From NCBI GenBank assembly GCA_963741205.1, contig CAVUHW010000020.1, positions 256,001 through 320,000 of the forward strand: 64,000 bases of DNA, read 5' to 3'. Each line of letters begins with the position of its first letter. Positions within the stretch are counted from its first letter, which is position 1. Below, one piece after another: positions 21,808 through 31,276 of the stretch. The notes beneath the pieces are model-generated. The model saw only the letters and a program-made list of their open reading frames with translations. It had not been told where the DNA came from and made no database searches. Source of the DNA: Nitrospirota bacterium (GTDB lineage: Bacteria; Nitrospirota; UBA9217). A program made the position numbers and the translations under genes.

Positions 21808-22164
21808 TTAATATTTTATCCTCAGCGTTGCGGCTGCCTTACCGAGTCTCCTATCAAGGGTCCAGAGAGGGACATTCGTCAATACTGCCGACGCGAGGAG
21901 ATGGATATCAACGTATCCCAGCCCTTTTCCCATCAGTCGGTTTATCTCGATGAAACGCATCACTTCTTCATGATCAGCAAGTCGAGCGAAGGGGAGTGTG
22001 CCGAGCAGTGAAAGGATTTGTGGCCTGTTTTTCAGGTTGCCGCATGCCAATTCACCGGCGATAAAAGGATGGCAGACGACCTGTCCGCTATTTAACGGTG
22101 TTTCAAGCCCGATCGTTCCGCTTCTGAGATGCTCGACCCAGACTGAGGTATCAACCAGAACCAT
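21808..22164 (-). CDS. vapC: VapC PIN-domain toxin
   Basis: MVLVDTSVW, GELACG, VDIHLLAS, WTLD. Confidence 0.9.
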   Translation of the reverse strand: MVLVDTSVWVEHLRSGTIGLETPLNSGQVVCHPFIAGELACGNLKNRPQILSLLGTLPFARLADHEEVMRFIEINRLMGKGLGYVDIHLLASAVLTNVPLWTLDRRLGKAAATLRIKY

Positions 22165-22165
22165 G

Positions 22166-22306
22166 TTACCTGCCCGCTGTTCGTCGTCGGGGTATCGTTC
22201 CTTTTTCGGACCCGCCCAGACGCGCGAGCGATGTTTTTTCCTTAATGCCGGTCAGCTTCGCAGCCTTGTCGAGCAGTTCGTCCTCGATATTCAATGTCGT
22301 TCGCAC
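22166..22306 (-). CDS. vapB: VapB antitoxin, apparently shortened
   Basis: AGGAGG SD, GTG start, MRTTLNIEDELL ribbon-helix-helix start. Confidence 0.75.
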   Translation of the reverse strand: MRTTLNIEDELLDKAAKLTGIKEKTSLARLGGSEKGTIPRRRTAGR

Positions 22307-22373
22307 GGAGCTCCTCCTGATCATCAGATATGCATGTTCATATGTATAAATATGTATCAACTGCATGCCGGTG

Positions 22374-22742
22374 TCAAGAGTTTTTTGCGTCTCGGCGCAC
22401 GGTCTCCGGGGAGAAAGCCGGCACGCATACCGCAATATATTCAGCACCGCCGGCATAGGGTGTGCTGTATTGGACCCATTCTCCGGCATCCGTGATGATC
22501 GCTTGGCCCGCGGAAACTTCCAGTTCCTTGTCTTTCAGTTTCACCTTAAGTGTGCCCCGGAGGACCACGGTATACTCGCTGAACTCCGGTGTCTGGCCTG
22601 GCTCCGACCATCCTGCAGGGCTTGTCATCCTGGCGATGCTGACCTCGGAATTCCGTGAATTCACCCTCCCGATGAACTCCTCGATCTGCTTCGGCGGACT
22701 GCCCGCGGCCTGGATCACGATTGGCTTCTGGATGTGTTTCAT
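22374..22742 (-). CDS. Cupin-domain protein
   Basis: PKQIEEFIG, WSEPGQTPEFSEY, PAFSP. Confidence 0.8.
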   Translation of the reverse strand: MKHIQKPIVIQAAGSPPKQIEEFIGRVNSRNSEVSIARMTSPAGWSEPGQTPEFSEYTVVLRGTLKVKLKDKELEVSAGQAIITDAGEWVQYSTPYAGGAEYIAVCVPAFSPETVRRDAKNS

Positions 22743-22847
22743 GTTCCTCCTTCCGGTAATGTTATCATCGTGCATTCACTGCATCTCATGCTTTGACAGG
22801 ATGATGATCCCTTGATTGCCTCTGTGAGCCTGCAGGGAATGTATCCT

Positions 22848-23297
22848 TCAATTTTTCTGCCTTTTGTACACCTCCGGATTCAGGATCACCATCAATCTTT
22901 CCATGGCCGGCGTCTCCGCAACTTTTTTAAAACCGTACTTCCGGTACAGGTCATGGGCGTCCTTTGTCCCGAGGAACCACAGACGCAGGCCCTCAAGCTC
23001 GGGGTGATCCACGATGGCTTTGACGAGCCTTTTTCCGAGCCCCCTGCCCCGGTAGGATTCTATGATAAAGACATCGCCCACGTAGGCGGTCGTGGCGTAA
23101 TCCGTCACGACCCTGGCAAAGCCCACCTGCCTGCCCTGATGGTACACGCCGAAGCAGAGCGAATTATCGATGGACTTCTTCATCACCTCCAGGGGGATTC
23201 CCTTGGCCCAATAGGACTCGTTCGCGAGAAAATTGTGCACCATTGAAAGATCAAACCGCTTTTTGTCCGTGCTTATTTCGTATTCGTCTTCGTTCAT
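22848..23297 (-). CDS. GNAT acetyltransferase
   Basis: ESYWA, GFARVVTD, RGRGLGK, LYRKYGF. Confidence 0.9.
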   Translation of the reverse strand: MNEDEYEISTDKKRFDLSMVHNFLANESYWAKGIPLEVMKKSIDNSLCFGVYHQGRQVGFARVVTDYATTAYVGDVFIIESYRGRGLGKRLVKAIVDHPELEGLRLWFLGTKDAHDLYRKYGFKKVAETPAMERLMVILNPEVYKRQKN

Positions 23298-23316
23298 GTC
23301 GGCTCCTTTCTCCGCA

Positions 23317-24213
23317 TCAAGCCAGCTTGCGCCTGATGAACTGGCCGACCTTTTCAAGAGCCCGTTGTCCTTCCGGCAGCTGGGGCGCGAACGCGTGCCA
23401 CGCATGCCACATGCCCTCCCAGACGTCCAGCGTCACCTCAACGCCGTCGGCCTTTGCCCGCTCGGCGACGCGTGTTGAATCGTCGAGCATGACCTCATCA
23501 CTGCCGACATGGATAAGCAGCGGCGGCAGACCATGAAGATCAGCGTAAAGCGGAGAAATAAGCGGATGGCGCAGATCCGCCCCCTTGGCATAGAGCCGGG
23601 CATGGTATTGATTCATGTGCGGGGTAATCCAGGGATCGGCTTCGGCGCGGGTGGTCATTGATTCACCGGTGCCTGCGAGGTCGGTCCAGGGCGACAGAAG
23701 CACCGCGCATGCCGGAAGAGCAATGACCGCATCGCGCAGCGTGACCAGCGTGGACAGGGCCAGGCCGCCTCCGGCAGAGACTCCCACGATGGTAATATGG
23801 CGAGGCAGGATGCCCTGGTCAAGCAGCCAGCGATAAGCGGCTGTTGCATCTTCCAGGGCGGCGGGGAAAGGATGTTCCGGGGCCAAACGGTAACCGATGG
23901 CCAGGGCACGATATCCTGAAACAGCCGAGAGAATAGAGGCTATGCCATGAACCGATTTGCTCGTGCCCATGGTATAGCCCCCGCCGTGCAGGCAGAGTAT
24001 GCATTTATCCGTAGCCGCATCGGGAGCGCTTACCCACTCGCCCGGCACGCCGCCTGCCATGATCGGTTCAACCCGTGTTGCCGCGGCTAAGGTCCTTCGG
24101 CTTGCCAGCATGTTGAGTCTGTCCCGCGCCTCCTCGATTGAGGACGGAGGAGGAGCGTTTTTCATGTTCTGAATCAGCCAGAGACGTATTTGATTGCTTT
24201 CCGGGCTTAACAT
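23317..24213 (-). CDS. HSL-family alpha/beta hydrolase (esterase)
   Basis: HGGGY, YRLAPEHPFPA, GVSAGG, HAW. Confidence 0.9.
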   Translation of the reverse strand: MLSPESNQIRLWLIQNMKNAPPPSSIEEARDRLNMLASRRTLAAATRVEPIMAGGVPGEWVSAPDAATDKCILCLHGGGYTMGTSKSVHGIASILSAVSGYRALAIGYRLAPEHPFPAALEDATAAYRWLLDQGILPRHITIVGVSAGGGLALSTLVTLRDAVIALPACAVLLSPWTDLAGTGESMTTRAEADPWITPHMNQYHARLYAKGADLRHPLISPLYADLHGLPPLLIHVGSDEVMLDDSTRVAERAKADGVEVTLDVWEGMWHAWHAFAPQLPEGQRALEKVGQFIRRKLA

Positions 24214-24248
24214 GATTTGTATCTCCGTGGCATGATTGGGTCTAACAC

Positions 24249-24393
24249 CATCCTTAATGAAGTCGTAAAAAGTCGGATTAAACCACAGAGTCACGGAGGG
24301 CACGGAGAATAATCTTTTATTATCAATACCACTTTCTCCGTGTCTCCGTGTCTCCGTGGTGGATCTTGACTCTTTACGAGACTATCATCCTTA
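24249..24393. mobile_element. MITE-like element with terminal inverted repeats and a flanking direct repeat
   Basis: tcgtaaaaagtc ... gactctttacga; catcctta at 24249 and 24386; internal cacggag/ctccgtg repeats. Confidence 0.6.
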
Positions 24394-24416
24394 GTCTGCT
24401 GCCATACGCCCAATCG

Positions 24417-25607
24417 TTATGCCGATTTTCGCAAGAGCTCCCGGATTGCTGCGCCCAAACGGCTGATGCCGATCTCGATGGTTTTTTCGTCCACGCACGA
24501 AAAATTGAGCCGCATGGTTCTGGTCTTCGTTTTCTTGACGTAGAACGGGTCGCCCGGAACGAATATGACCTTGTCCTTGACCGCGAGTTCGAACAGCTCA
24601 AGCGAGGTCGCGCCTTGCGGCAATTCAGCCCAGAGAAACATCCCTCCCTCTGGCGTGGTGTGCGCGACATTGGCGGGAAAGTGCTTCCGGATGCCTGCTA
24701 TCATTGCCCGGCATTGATTCCCATAGGCAGTTCGAATCTTGTTTATATGGCCGTCAAGGTCGTTGTCCTTTAAATACTGATAGATGATGGCCTGGGTAAA
24801 ATGGCTCGTATGAAGGTCGGCTGCCTGCTTCGCGATGATCAGCTTCTCCATGATGCGCTTCGGCGCCACGATCCACCCCAGGCGGAATCCCGGGACAATG
24901 ATTTTGGAAAAAGAACCAAGCATGACAGCATTGTCCGGCAAGAGCTCTTTGAAGGACTTTTTCGCTTCGCCCTCGAACCTCAACTCTCCGTAAGGATCGT
25001 CTTCGATCAGGAGCGTTTTTGAGCCTTGAAGGATTTCCGACACCTCGGTCCTGTTCTCTCGCGAATAGGATATGCCCGATGGGTTCTGAAAGTTCGGGAC
25101 CGCGTACATGAGCTTCGGCTTTTCCGAGGACATCACCTTCCGCAGTTTCGCCCTGTCCATTCCCTCTTCGGAAACCGGGACAGGGAGAAACTTCGGCTGG
25201 TAGATCGAAAACGCCTGGATAGCCCCGAGGTATCCGGGTTCCTCGATGATCAGGCTGTCGCCGCAGTTCAGCAGAATCTTCCCTAAAAGGTCCAGACCCT
25301 GCTGAGAACCGCTGGTGATCAGGATATCCTCGACGGATATGTCGAGCTTTTGCTTGTAACGATACCGCTCAGCGATATATTCCCGGAGTTTCAGATACCC
25401 TTCAGAGTTGCTGTACTGAAAGATGTCCCTGCCGTGTATACTGAAAACCTTATCGGTCGCTGCCTTCAGCTCTTCAGCGGGAAAAAGATCCCTGTTGGGC
25501 AGTCCTCCGGCAAAGGAGATCACCCCGGGATCGAGGGCGACCTTCAGTATTTCGCGGATGAACGAGCGCGGAACATCGGTAATTCTGTCTGAAAATAAAC
25601 TGTCCAT
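24417..25607 (-). CDS. PLP-dependent class I aminotransferase (LysN/MocR-like)
   Basis: ISFAGGLP, TSGSQQGL, NFQNPSG, EDDPY, GSFSKIIVPGFRLGW. Confidence 0.92.
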   Translation of the reverse strand: MDSLFSDRITDVPRSFIREILKVALDPGVISFAGGLPNRDLFPAEELKAATDKVFSIHGRDIFQYSNSEGYLKLREYIAERYRYKQKLDISVEDILITSGSQQGLDLLGKILLNCGDSLIIEEPGYLGAIQAFSIYQPKFLPVPVSEEGMDRAKLRKVMSSEKPKLMYAVPNFQNPSGISYSRENRTEVSEILQGSKTLLIEDDPYGELRFEGEAKKSFKELLPDNAVMLGSFSKIIVPGFRLGWIVAPKRIMEKLIIAKQAADLHTSHFTQAIIYQYLKDNDLDGHINKIRTAYGNQCRAMIAGIRKHFPANVAHTTPEGGMFLWAELPQGATSLELFELAVKDKVIFVPGDPFYVKKTKTRTMRLNFSCVDEKTIEIGISRLGAAIRELLRKSA

Positions 25608-25642
25608 TGAATTCCCTTATGGTTATTCTCAGTGTGACAATT

Positions 25643-25781
25643 GGTGATTTCGCAAAATATTAATATCCACCACGGAGACACGGAAAAACGGAGAAACGGA
25701 GAAAAAATTTAAATAAATTACGTGGTTTCCTTCGTGACCTCTGTGACTCAGTGGTTAAGTCAGATTTATTACGAATTCATC
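25643..25781. mobile_element. Diverged, inverted second copy of the 24249-24393 element
   Basis: Reverse complement shares taaccac.gagtcac.gag and tccgtgtctccgtggtggat. Confidence 0.55.
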
Positions 25782-25870
25782 CCAAATTATCCCGTTCTTT
25801 TTGTGAGTGTACCAGAAGGTTAAAGAAAAACAAGCATAAATTGGCAAAGCGGTCCCGGACTGCCGCCTCT

Positions 25871-27001
25871 TTATTTTTTCATCGCCTTCTCCATGTCATC
25901 GATGAGATCATCCACCTGCTCAATACCCACGGACAGCCTCAACAGCGAGTCGGAGATCCCAATCCTCTTGCGCTCAGTGGCCGTAATTTTGGCGTGTGAC
26001 GTTACGGCTGGAGCGCAGATAGTCGATTCGACGCCCCCAAGGCTGACCGCCGGTTTGATGAGACGCAGCTCTCGTATGAAACGGTCGGGGTTGACTTTTG
26101 CTTCATCCAATTCAAACGACAGCATTGGCCCGAAACCGCTCATTTGCGATTTCGCCATTTTGTGGTACGCGGAACTCACGAGGCCCGGATAGTTCACGCG
26201 ACGGACGTTGCCATTTTGTTCCAGATAACGGGCGATTCGGCCGGCGTTCTCGGTCTGTCGCTCCACCCGGATTGCAAGCGTTTTCAGGCTGCGTTCGAGC
26301 AGAGCGCACGTGGCTGCATTCAGGCTTCCGCCCAGGTTCCGCGCCACGTTGCGTATGCGCTCCGCCTTTTCCCGCGACGTGACGGCGATGCCGCAGCAGA
26401 TGTCGCTGTGCCCGCCCAGGTATTTCGTACCGCTGTGGACCACAACGTCGATGCCGAGTGAAATCGGGTTTTGATAAAGCGGCGTCGCGAACGTGTTGTC
26501 GATAATGGTCAGCACGTTCCGCTCCCGCGCGAAAGCCGCGACCTTCCTGATGTCGATCACGCTCAAAAGAGGGTTGGTGGGCGACTCGATGACGATGACC
26601 CGGGTATTCTCTTTGACTGCGCCGCAAAGGTCATCGGCATCGGTCGCGGCGAAGGTGTATTCCATGCCGAGCCGTGGGAACTGTTCGGTTGCGAACGCGT
26701 GCGTCCCGCCGTAAAGCTCGTCCATCATCACGACGTTGTCGCCTGCGCCCGCAAAAGCAAGGATGGTCGAGCTCATCGCGGCCATGCCGGAGCTGAAGAG
26801 TACGCCGTCTTCGGCGTCCTCCAGGGCGCATACCTTCTCAACCACGGCATTCTGGTTCGGTGTGTTAAAATAACGCGGATAGGAGACAGATTCGCGGTCG
26901 AGATACCCGAAGGCCGATGACGTGAATATGGGCGAGTTCACCCCGCCGGTCAAAGGGTCATTGATCGCGCCGCTATGTACGCATTGTGTCTCTTTATTCA
27001 T
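25871..27001 (-). CDS. Cys/Met metabolism PLP-dependent lyase/synthase
   Basis: SSGMAA, ESPTNP, DNTFATP, HSGTKYLGGHSD, SLGGVES, RLSVGIE. Confidence 0.92.
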   Translation of the reverse strand: MNKETQCVHSGAINDPLTGGVNSPIFTSSAFGYLDRESVSYPRYFNTPNQNAVVEKVCALEDAEDGVLFSSGMAAMSSTILAFAGAGDNVVMMDELYGGTHAFATEQFPRLGMEYTFAATDADDLCGAVKENTRVIVIESPTNPLLSVIDIRKVAAFARERNVLTIIDNTFATPLYQNPISLGIDVVVHSGTKYLGGHSDICCGIAVTSREKAERIRNVARNLGGSLNAATCALLERSLKTLAIRVERQTENAGRIARYLEQNGNVRRVNYPGLVSSAYHKMAKSQMSGFGPMLSFELDEAKVNPDRFIRELRLIKPAVSLGGVESTICAPAVTSHAKITATERKRIGISDSLLRLSVGIEQVDDLIDDMEKAMKK

Positions 27002-27190
27002 ATCAAACCTCCATTATTCCTGCATTTTCTATATTTCAGCAGCGCATCAATACCCTTCCGGCTTCAAAGCGATCGAGGGCCTTTCCCTAGCCGGTTGGCA
27101 CTTGAAAGGGTATTTTCAGCGCGTGTATGTTTTTTGTCACCTGCATATTCATTCTCCTTTCCGGATACGGGAATGACACGTTGTGGTGTA

Positions 27191-27226
27191 ATAAAAAAGG
27201 CCGCGGAGTTTATTATCCGTGGCCTT
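27191..27226 (-). terminator. Intrinsic terminator or attenuator hairpin
   Basis: aaggccacggataataaactccgcggcctttttt on the minus strand. Confidence 0.65.
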
Positions 27227-27261
27227 GTGGGTGTTTGCTATTCTATCGTCAGTGCAAAAAG

Positions 27262-27348
27262 TTAATAGAATCCCCCTCCAGCCACGGCGTATTTACGCCA
27301 TGCTGCCATCAGAACATGCTTACGGGTGAGGAGATTCATAATGATCAT
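27262..27348 (-). CDS. Candidate 28-aa leader peptide
   Basis: MIIMNLLTRKHVLMAAWRKYAVAGGGFY* immediately before the terminator. Confidence 0.35.
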   Translation of the reverse strand: MIIMNLLTRKHVLMAAWRKYAVAGGGFY

Positions 27349-27666
27349 GGGATGAATATAGAAAATATGTGTGGAGGTGTCAAGTTATTTTTCCCCCATC
27401 AATCGCCTTTTTGTGTCCGAAGCACCGTGTCAGAAAGCTCAGGCAGCCGTAAGCCATGAACAAAAGCGCGGAAAGAGTCGGCTCTTGATTTACCGCTGTT
27501 TTTCCGGGACATCAAAATTCAATCAGCGGAGTCTCGCTCTACAGCATATTTTGATCAATCGTCCCAATGGGAAAATCAACTTTTTCCAGGAAGAGTCTAA
27601 ACGATGGAGAGATGGGAAATCGTGAATTTCCATCACCATCTCTCCATCATAAAGACTGAAGAAATA

Positions 27667-27885
27667 CTAGGCGTGGTTGTGGCGGCTGACACTAAGATCG
27701 AGGTGATGGTAGCGCAGCATATGGGTTACTTCGTATGCTATAGTGCCCAACACCGGCACAACAACCAGCGCGAACAGGAATACTTCGGTCGAACCGTATT
27801 CGTTCATGGCTTGGGGCAGGGTACCTCTCAGCCCAAAAAGCGCCATCGCGCAAAAAGTAAAAATTGTTATCAACGTGTCTATCAT
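27667..27885 (-). CDS. Small membrane protein of unknown function
   Basis: AAGGAGG SD; two hydrophobic segments in 72 aa. Confidence 0.55.
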   Translation of the reverse strand: MIDTLITIFTFCAMALFGLRGTLPQAMNEYGSTEVFLFALVVVPVLGTIAYEVTHMLRYHHLDLSVSRHNHA

Positions 27886-28161
27886 ATTTTGTCCTCCTTC
27901 AAACCTTCATGCGAGCACTTCCTGTAATTAATAATAGCTCTAATTTACTCGATATTCCATAATCCTTAGGTTTGTATGGAAAATCCATGTTTCTCGGGCT
28001 TGCAGCGAATAACCATAAAAAAAACAGGCAAATTGCCTTGCCTGTTTCGGAGCCTCCTGCATATTCAAAGGATGATTTATAAATGCCGGGAATATTGTCT
28101 TACTTTTTGCTTATGCGCCGATGCAAAATATTCTTTTCCTGGGACGGTCCGGATTACCGAA

Positions 28162-28756
28162 TCAGCTGTCCCTTTCAAAGCACGGGATGCACACGATCTT
28201 GCCGCTTTTAACCCGTCCGCGGGATTCCATGAATTTCTCGCCACAGATCGCGCACCGCATTGAGCCGCGTATCCTCGCCTCATGAGGGGGCGCTGTTGTG
28301 ATCTCGGTGATGGTCATGATATCTTTTTCATCAGCAGCCAGAATCGCCGCGGTCTTTTCCATCTTGTACGTCCTGGATCTCGCGGGTCACGTCCTCCCCG
28401 GCGTCCTGGCGTTTTTTAAGTTCAGGGAACCGTTTATCTCCTTCGAGCCCGCGAAAATCCTCGGAGATGCGGACGCCTCTGCCGGTGCGCCGGTTAAAGA
28501 TGGTGTAGACGTGTTTCCCAAAGTCGCGGAAGATGAGATTGCCCTTGCCGAAGGTGCAGCCGGTGATGAACTGAATGGCGTCGGCTGCGCAGGAATCATT
28601 CTCCACCACGGCGACAAGCTCTTCATCCTGAGGGCGGTCGGCCTTAAGCTCCCGGAGCGCGGCCTTAGCCACCCGGTAACCGAGCGCGAGACCGGGGCAG
28701 AGGTGGCCGTGGAACTGTACGACGTCTCTCAGGTCTTCTGTGGATATATTCTGCAT
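28162..28756 (-). CDS. FmdE-family protein with C-terminal zinc ribbon (frameshifted)
   Basis: FHGHLCPGL, CAADAIQ, CTFGKGNL; CAIC...CIPC. Confidence 0.85.
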
Positions 28757-28785
28757 AACCGACTCCTTATCGGTAACAATACTCG

Positions 28786-28876
28786 AGGGACGACGGACGA
28801 TCTCTCCTGAAGAAGCTAGGACGATAGAAAACCCTTTGCGTCTCTCGTCCCTCGTCCGTCGTCCCTCGTCTCTCGC
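28786..28876. repeat. Inverted 7-mer repeat array
   Basis: gagggac gacggac ... cgtctct cgtccct cgtccgt cgtccct cgtctct. Confidence 0.7.
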
Positions 28877-29973
28877 TACTTCCTCAGCACCAGTTTCGCC
28901 GCCAGGATCGCCTTCGCCCTCTTTAAATGTTTCTTCAGCTCCTCGCTGTCGTCGACGGCGAGGTGTATCTCCTTCGCGATCTCGTCTTCTCCGGCGGCGC
29001 TGGCCTTCCCTGCCCATTCACGGTAGTTTTCCACGTGGCTGTCTCCGTGCTCGATCCAGTGGTCGAGCATGACCAGAAGTTTCCTCAGGTCTTCGGTCCC
29101 GGGACCGTGTTCGTGATCCCCCCCGTGGCTATGGTGTTTGTGGGTGTCGTGCATCGCTCCTCCGTCTGCATGAATATGCCCATAGTGCCCGTGCCGGTGC
29201 ACGTGAGTCGTGTCTCCATGATAGTGGGCGTGCTCATGGATCAGGTTGACTTTAAGCAGCAGTTCATCATCACGGATAATGTCATGAAACAGGCCGTCCG
29301 CCGCTATCGTATGGTCTTCCGAGATCACGACGGCGCGGTCGGCGATATCATCGGCGATCGACAGGTCATGCGTGGCCGAAATGATCGTCTTCCCCTTCTG
29401 ATGAAGTCCGTGCAGGATTTCGATGAGCCAGACCTGTGTCCGCGGATCCAGGCCGCTCGTCGGCTCGTCGAGCAGAAGCACTTCAGGGTCCGTCGCCAGG
29501 CTCGACGCAATGGCCACCTTCTTTTTCTGTCCGTCGGACAGCGTGTGCGGGGCGCGCTCGCCGAGGTCCGTGATGTTGAGCGACTCGAGAAGGCCGTTCA
29601 CGATCTCCCGGATCTCCGCGTGAGGCAGGCCGAGTTGAAGCGGGCCGAATGCGATTTCGTCCCAGACCGTAGCTGAAAAGAGCTGAACGTCCGGATTTGA
29701 AAAAACAAAGGCCACGCGTTTCCGGAAATCCATGGAGAAGGAGCGATCTTCGAACGTCTCCTCCGACAGCGTCCGCCCGAAGGCGCTGACGGACCCTGAC
29801 TTCGGGAAGACCAGGCCGTCGAGCAGGGAAAGGAGCGTGGACTTGCCCGTGCCGTTCGCCCCGAGGACCGCGATCCGCTCTCCGGAATGGAAATCGAGCG
29901 TCACGTCCTTCAGGACCGCCGCCCCGTTCGCGTAGGAATACATAACCTTCTGTAAACTGAAGACCGCCGTCAC
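28876..29973 (-). CDS. cbiO: Ni/Co ECF transporter ATPase with His-rich C-terminal extension
   Basis: GANGTGKS, LSDGQKK, LLLDEPT, followed by a poly-His region and a helical domain. Confidence 0.88.
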   Translation of the reverse strand: MTAVFSLQKVMYSYANGAAVLKDVTLDFHSGERIAVLGANGTGKSTLLSLLDGLVFPKSGSVSAFGRTLSEETFEDRSFSMDFRKRVAFVFSNPDVQLFSATVWDEIAFGPLQLGLPHAEIREIVNGLLESLNITDLGERAPHTLSDGQKKKVAIASSLATDPEVLLLDEPTSGLDPRTQVWLIEILHGLHQKGKTIISATHDLSIADDIADRAVVISEDHTIAADGLFHDIIRDDELLLKVNLIHEHAHYHGDTTHVHRHGHYGHIHADGGAMHDTHKHHSHGGDHEHGPGTEDLRKLLVMLDHWIEHGDSHVENYREWAGKASAAGEDEIAKEIHLAVDDSEELKKHLKRAKAILAAKLVLRK

Positions 29974-30845
29974 CGGGCCGCGCCCCTTTCAAACAGGATA
30001 AGCGCGACGCCCCCGGCGAGCACGGCTGAAAGCCAGAGCAGGTCGAGGGGACCGCTCTTTAACCGGTTGACGGACCTGAACTCTCCGTGAAAACCGCGGG
30101 AGAGCATCGCCTTATAGACGTCGTCGCTCATCTCCACCGACTTTCTGAACGTGACTCCGATGCGTGACGCGGTCCAACTCCGCTCGACGGCGGCGGAAAA
30201 GGGCTTGATGGTCCTGCTCTTCCTGGCCTTGTACATGTCCTGGACCAGGCGAAGAAAAACGAAGAGGTACCGCTCGGTCATGCTGAGTGTCATGACGAAT
30301 ACGCGGGGCACGAAAAGCGCGCGGAGACCGGCGAAGATATCCGCCCAGCGATGCGTCAACGTAAACAGCACGGCAAAAGAGACCGATGCAGCCACGCGGG
30401 ACACGAACACAATCCCGCCCCAGAGCCCCTGGCGCGTAACGGCGATTTCAGCGGGGAACGTGTAAGGGCCCCACGAGTAAGAACGGGAGAGCTTCAGCAG
30501 CACCCAAACCGGTTCCCCCGGCGTGATGATGTTCAGGAGCGCTGGAAGAACGATGGCCGCCGAGAAGAGAGGCACGAACAGCCAGACGCGCTTTACAAAG
30601 AACCACAGCGGCACCCGGGAAAAAGCGGCGAGCGCCAGGCCTGCGCCGTAGACCAGCCAGAGGGCCTGCGGCGTATGAAGCAGGCTGATGACGACGAGAA
30701 TGAACAGAAAGGTAACGAGCTGGAACCTGATGTCGAGGGACTGCAAGAGTCCGCGCCGGTTGGCGTACTGCTCCGAAAACAATGACTGTTCAGCCACGTC
30801 AGTGATTGCCAGCAGCGTCTTGTCGAGAAAAGTCGTTCTTACCAC
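29970..30845 (-). CDS. cbiQ: Ni/Co ECF transporter T component
   Basis: Multi-TM protein; RYLF, ARKSR, AMLSRGF. Confidence 0.88.
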   Translation of the reverse strand: MVRTTFLDKTLLAITDVAEQSLFSEQYANRRGLLQSLDIRFQLVTFLFILVVISLLHTPQALWLVYGAGLALAAFSRVPLWFFVKRVWLFVPLFSAAIVLPALLNIITPGEPVWVLLKLSRSYSWGPYTFPAEIAVTRQGLWGGIVFVSRVAASVSFAVLFTLTHRWADIFAGLRALFVPRVFVMTLSMTERYLFVFLRLVQDMYKARKSRTIKPFSAAVERSWTASRIGVTFRKSVEMSDDVYKAMLSRGFHGEFRSVNRLKSGPLDLLWLSAVLAGGVALILFERGAAR

Positions 30846-30866
30846 GTTAGTTCACCCGAGGACCGG

Positions 30867-31214
30867 TCATTTCCGTTCGTTGGGGCCGTCCTTGCGAACG
30901 AGCAACTTCGACAGAAGATACACGAGGCCCGCAACCGCTGCGACGCCGACAACGCCGGAAAGGACATATCCGAACCCGCCGCCCACAAGCCCCTGCCCCG
31001 TTCCGGGGACGGCGTAGTCGGGCATCGGCGCCTTCCATCTCCCTGCCAGCCGTCTCATTCCTTCAGGGACATAACCCACGAGCTTTTCAATCTGATGAAG
31101 TCCCCACTCGCCCCACGCGCCCTGCGCGCCGAACATCGCGGGGAGCATCAAGCCCAGCGGTGAAAGCAGAACAAGAAGGCCGATACCTATCCAAAGCTTC
31201 TTTGTCGTGGTCAT
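30867..31214 (-). CDS. PDGLE-type Ni/Co transporter accessory component (NikN-like)
   Basis: LSPLGL, AWGEWG, APMPDY. Confidence 0.8.
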   Translation of the reverse strand: MTTTKKLWIGIGLLVLLSPLGLMLPAMFGAQGAWGEWGLHQIEKLVGYVPEGMRRLAGRWKAPMPDYAVPGTGQGLVGGGFGYVLSGVVGVAAVAGLVYLLSKLLVRKDGPNERK

Positions 31215-31276
31215 CTTTTGGACCATGGCAACCGCGTTGCCGTTAACAAATGCCGACACGGTCGGCTTGCTCCAAA

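Noticed and set aside
24249-25781. CRISPR array
   Set aside because: The repeats are 7-9 nt, without unique spacers of regular length, and there are no cas genes
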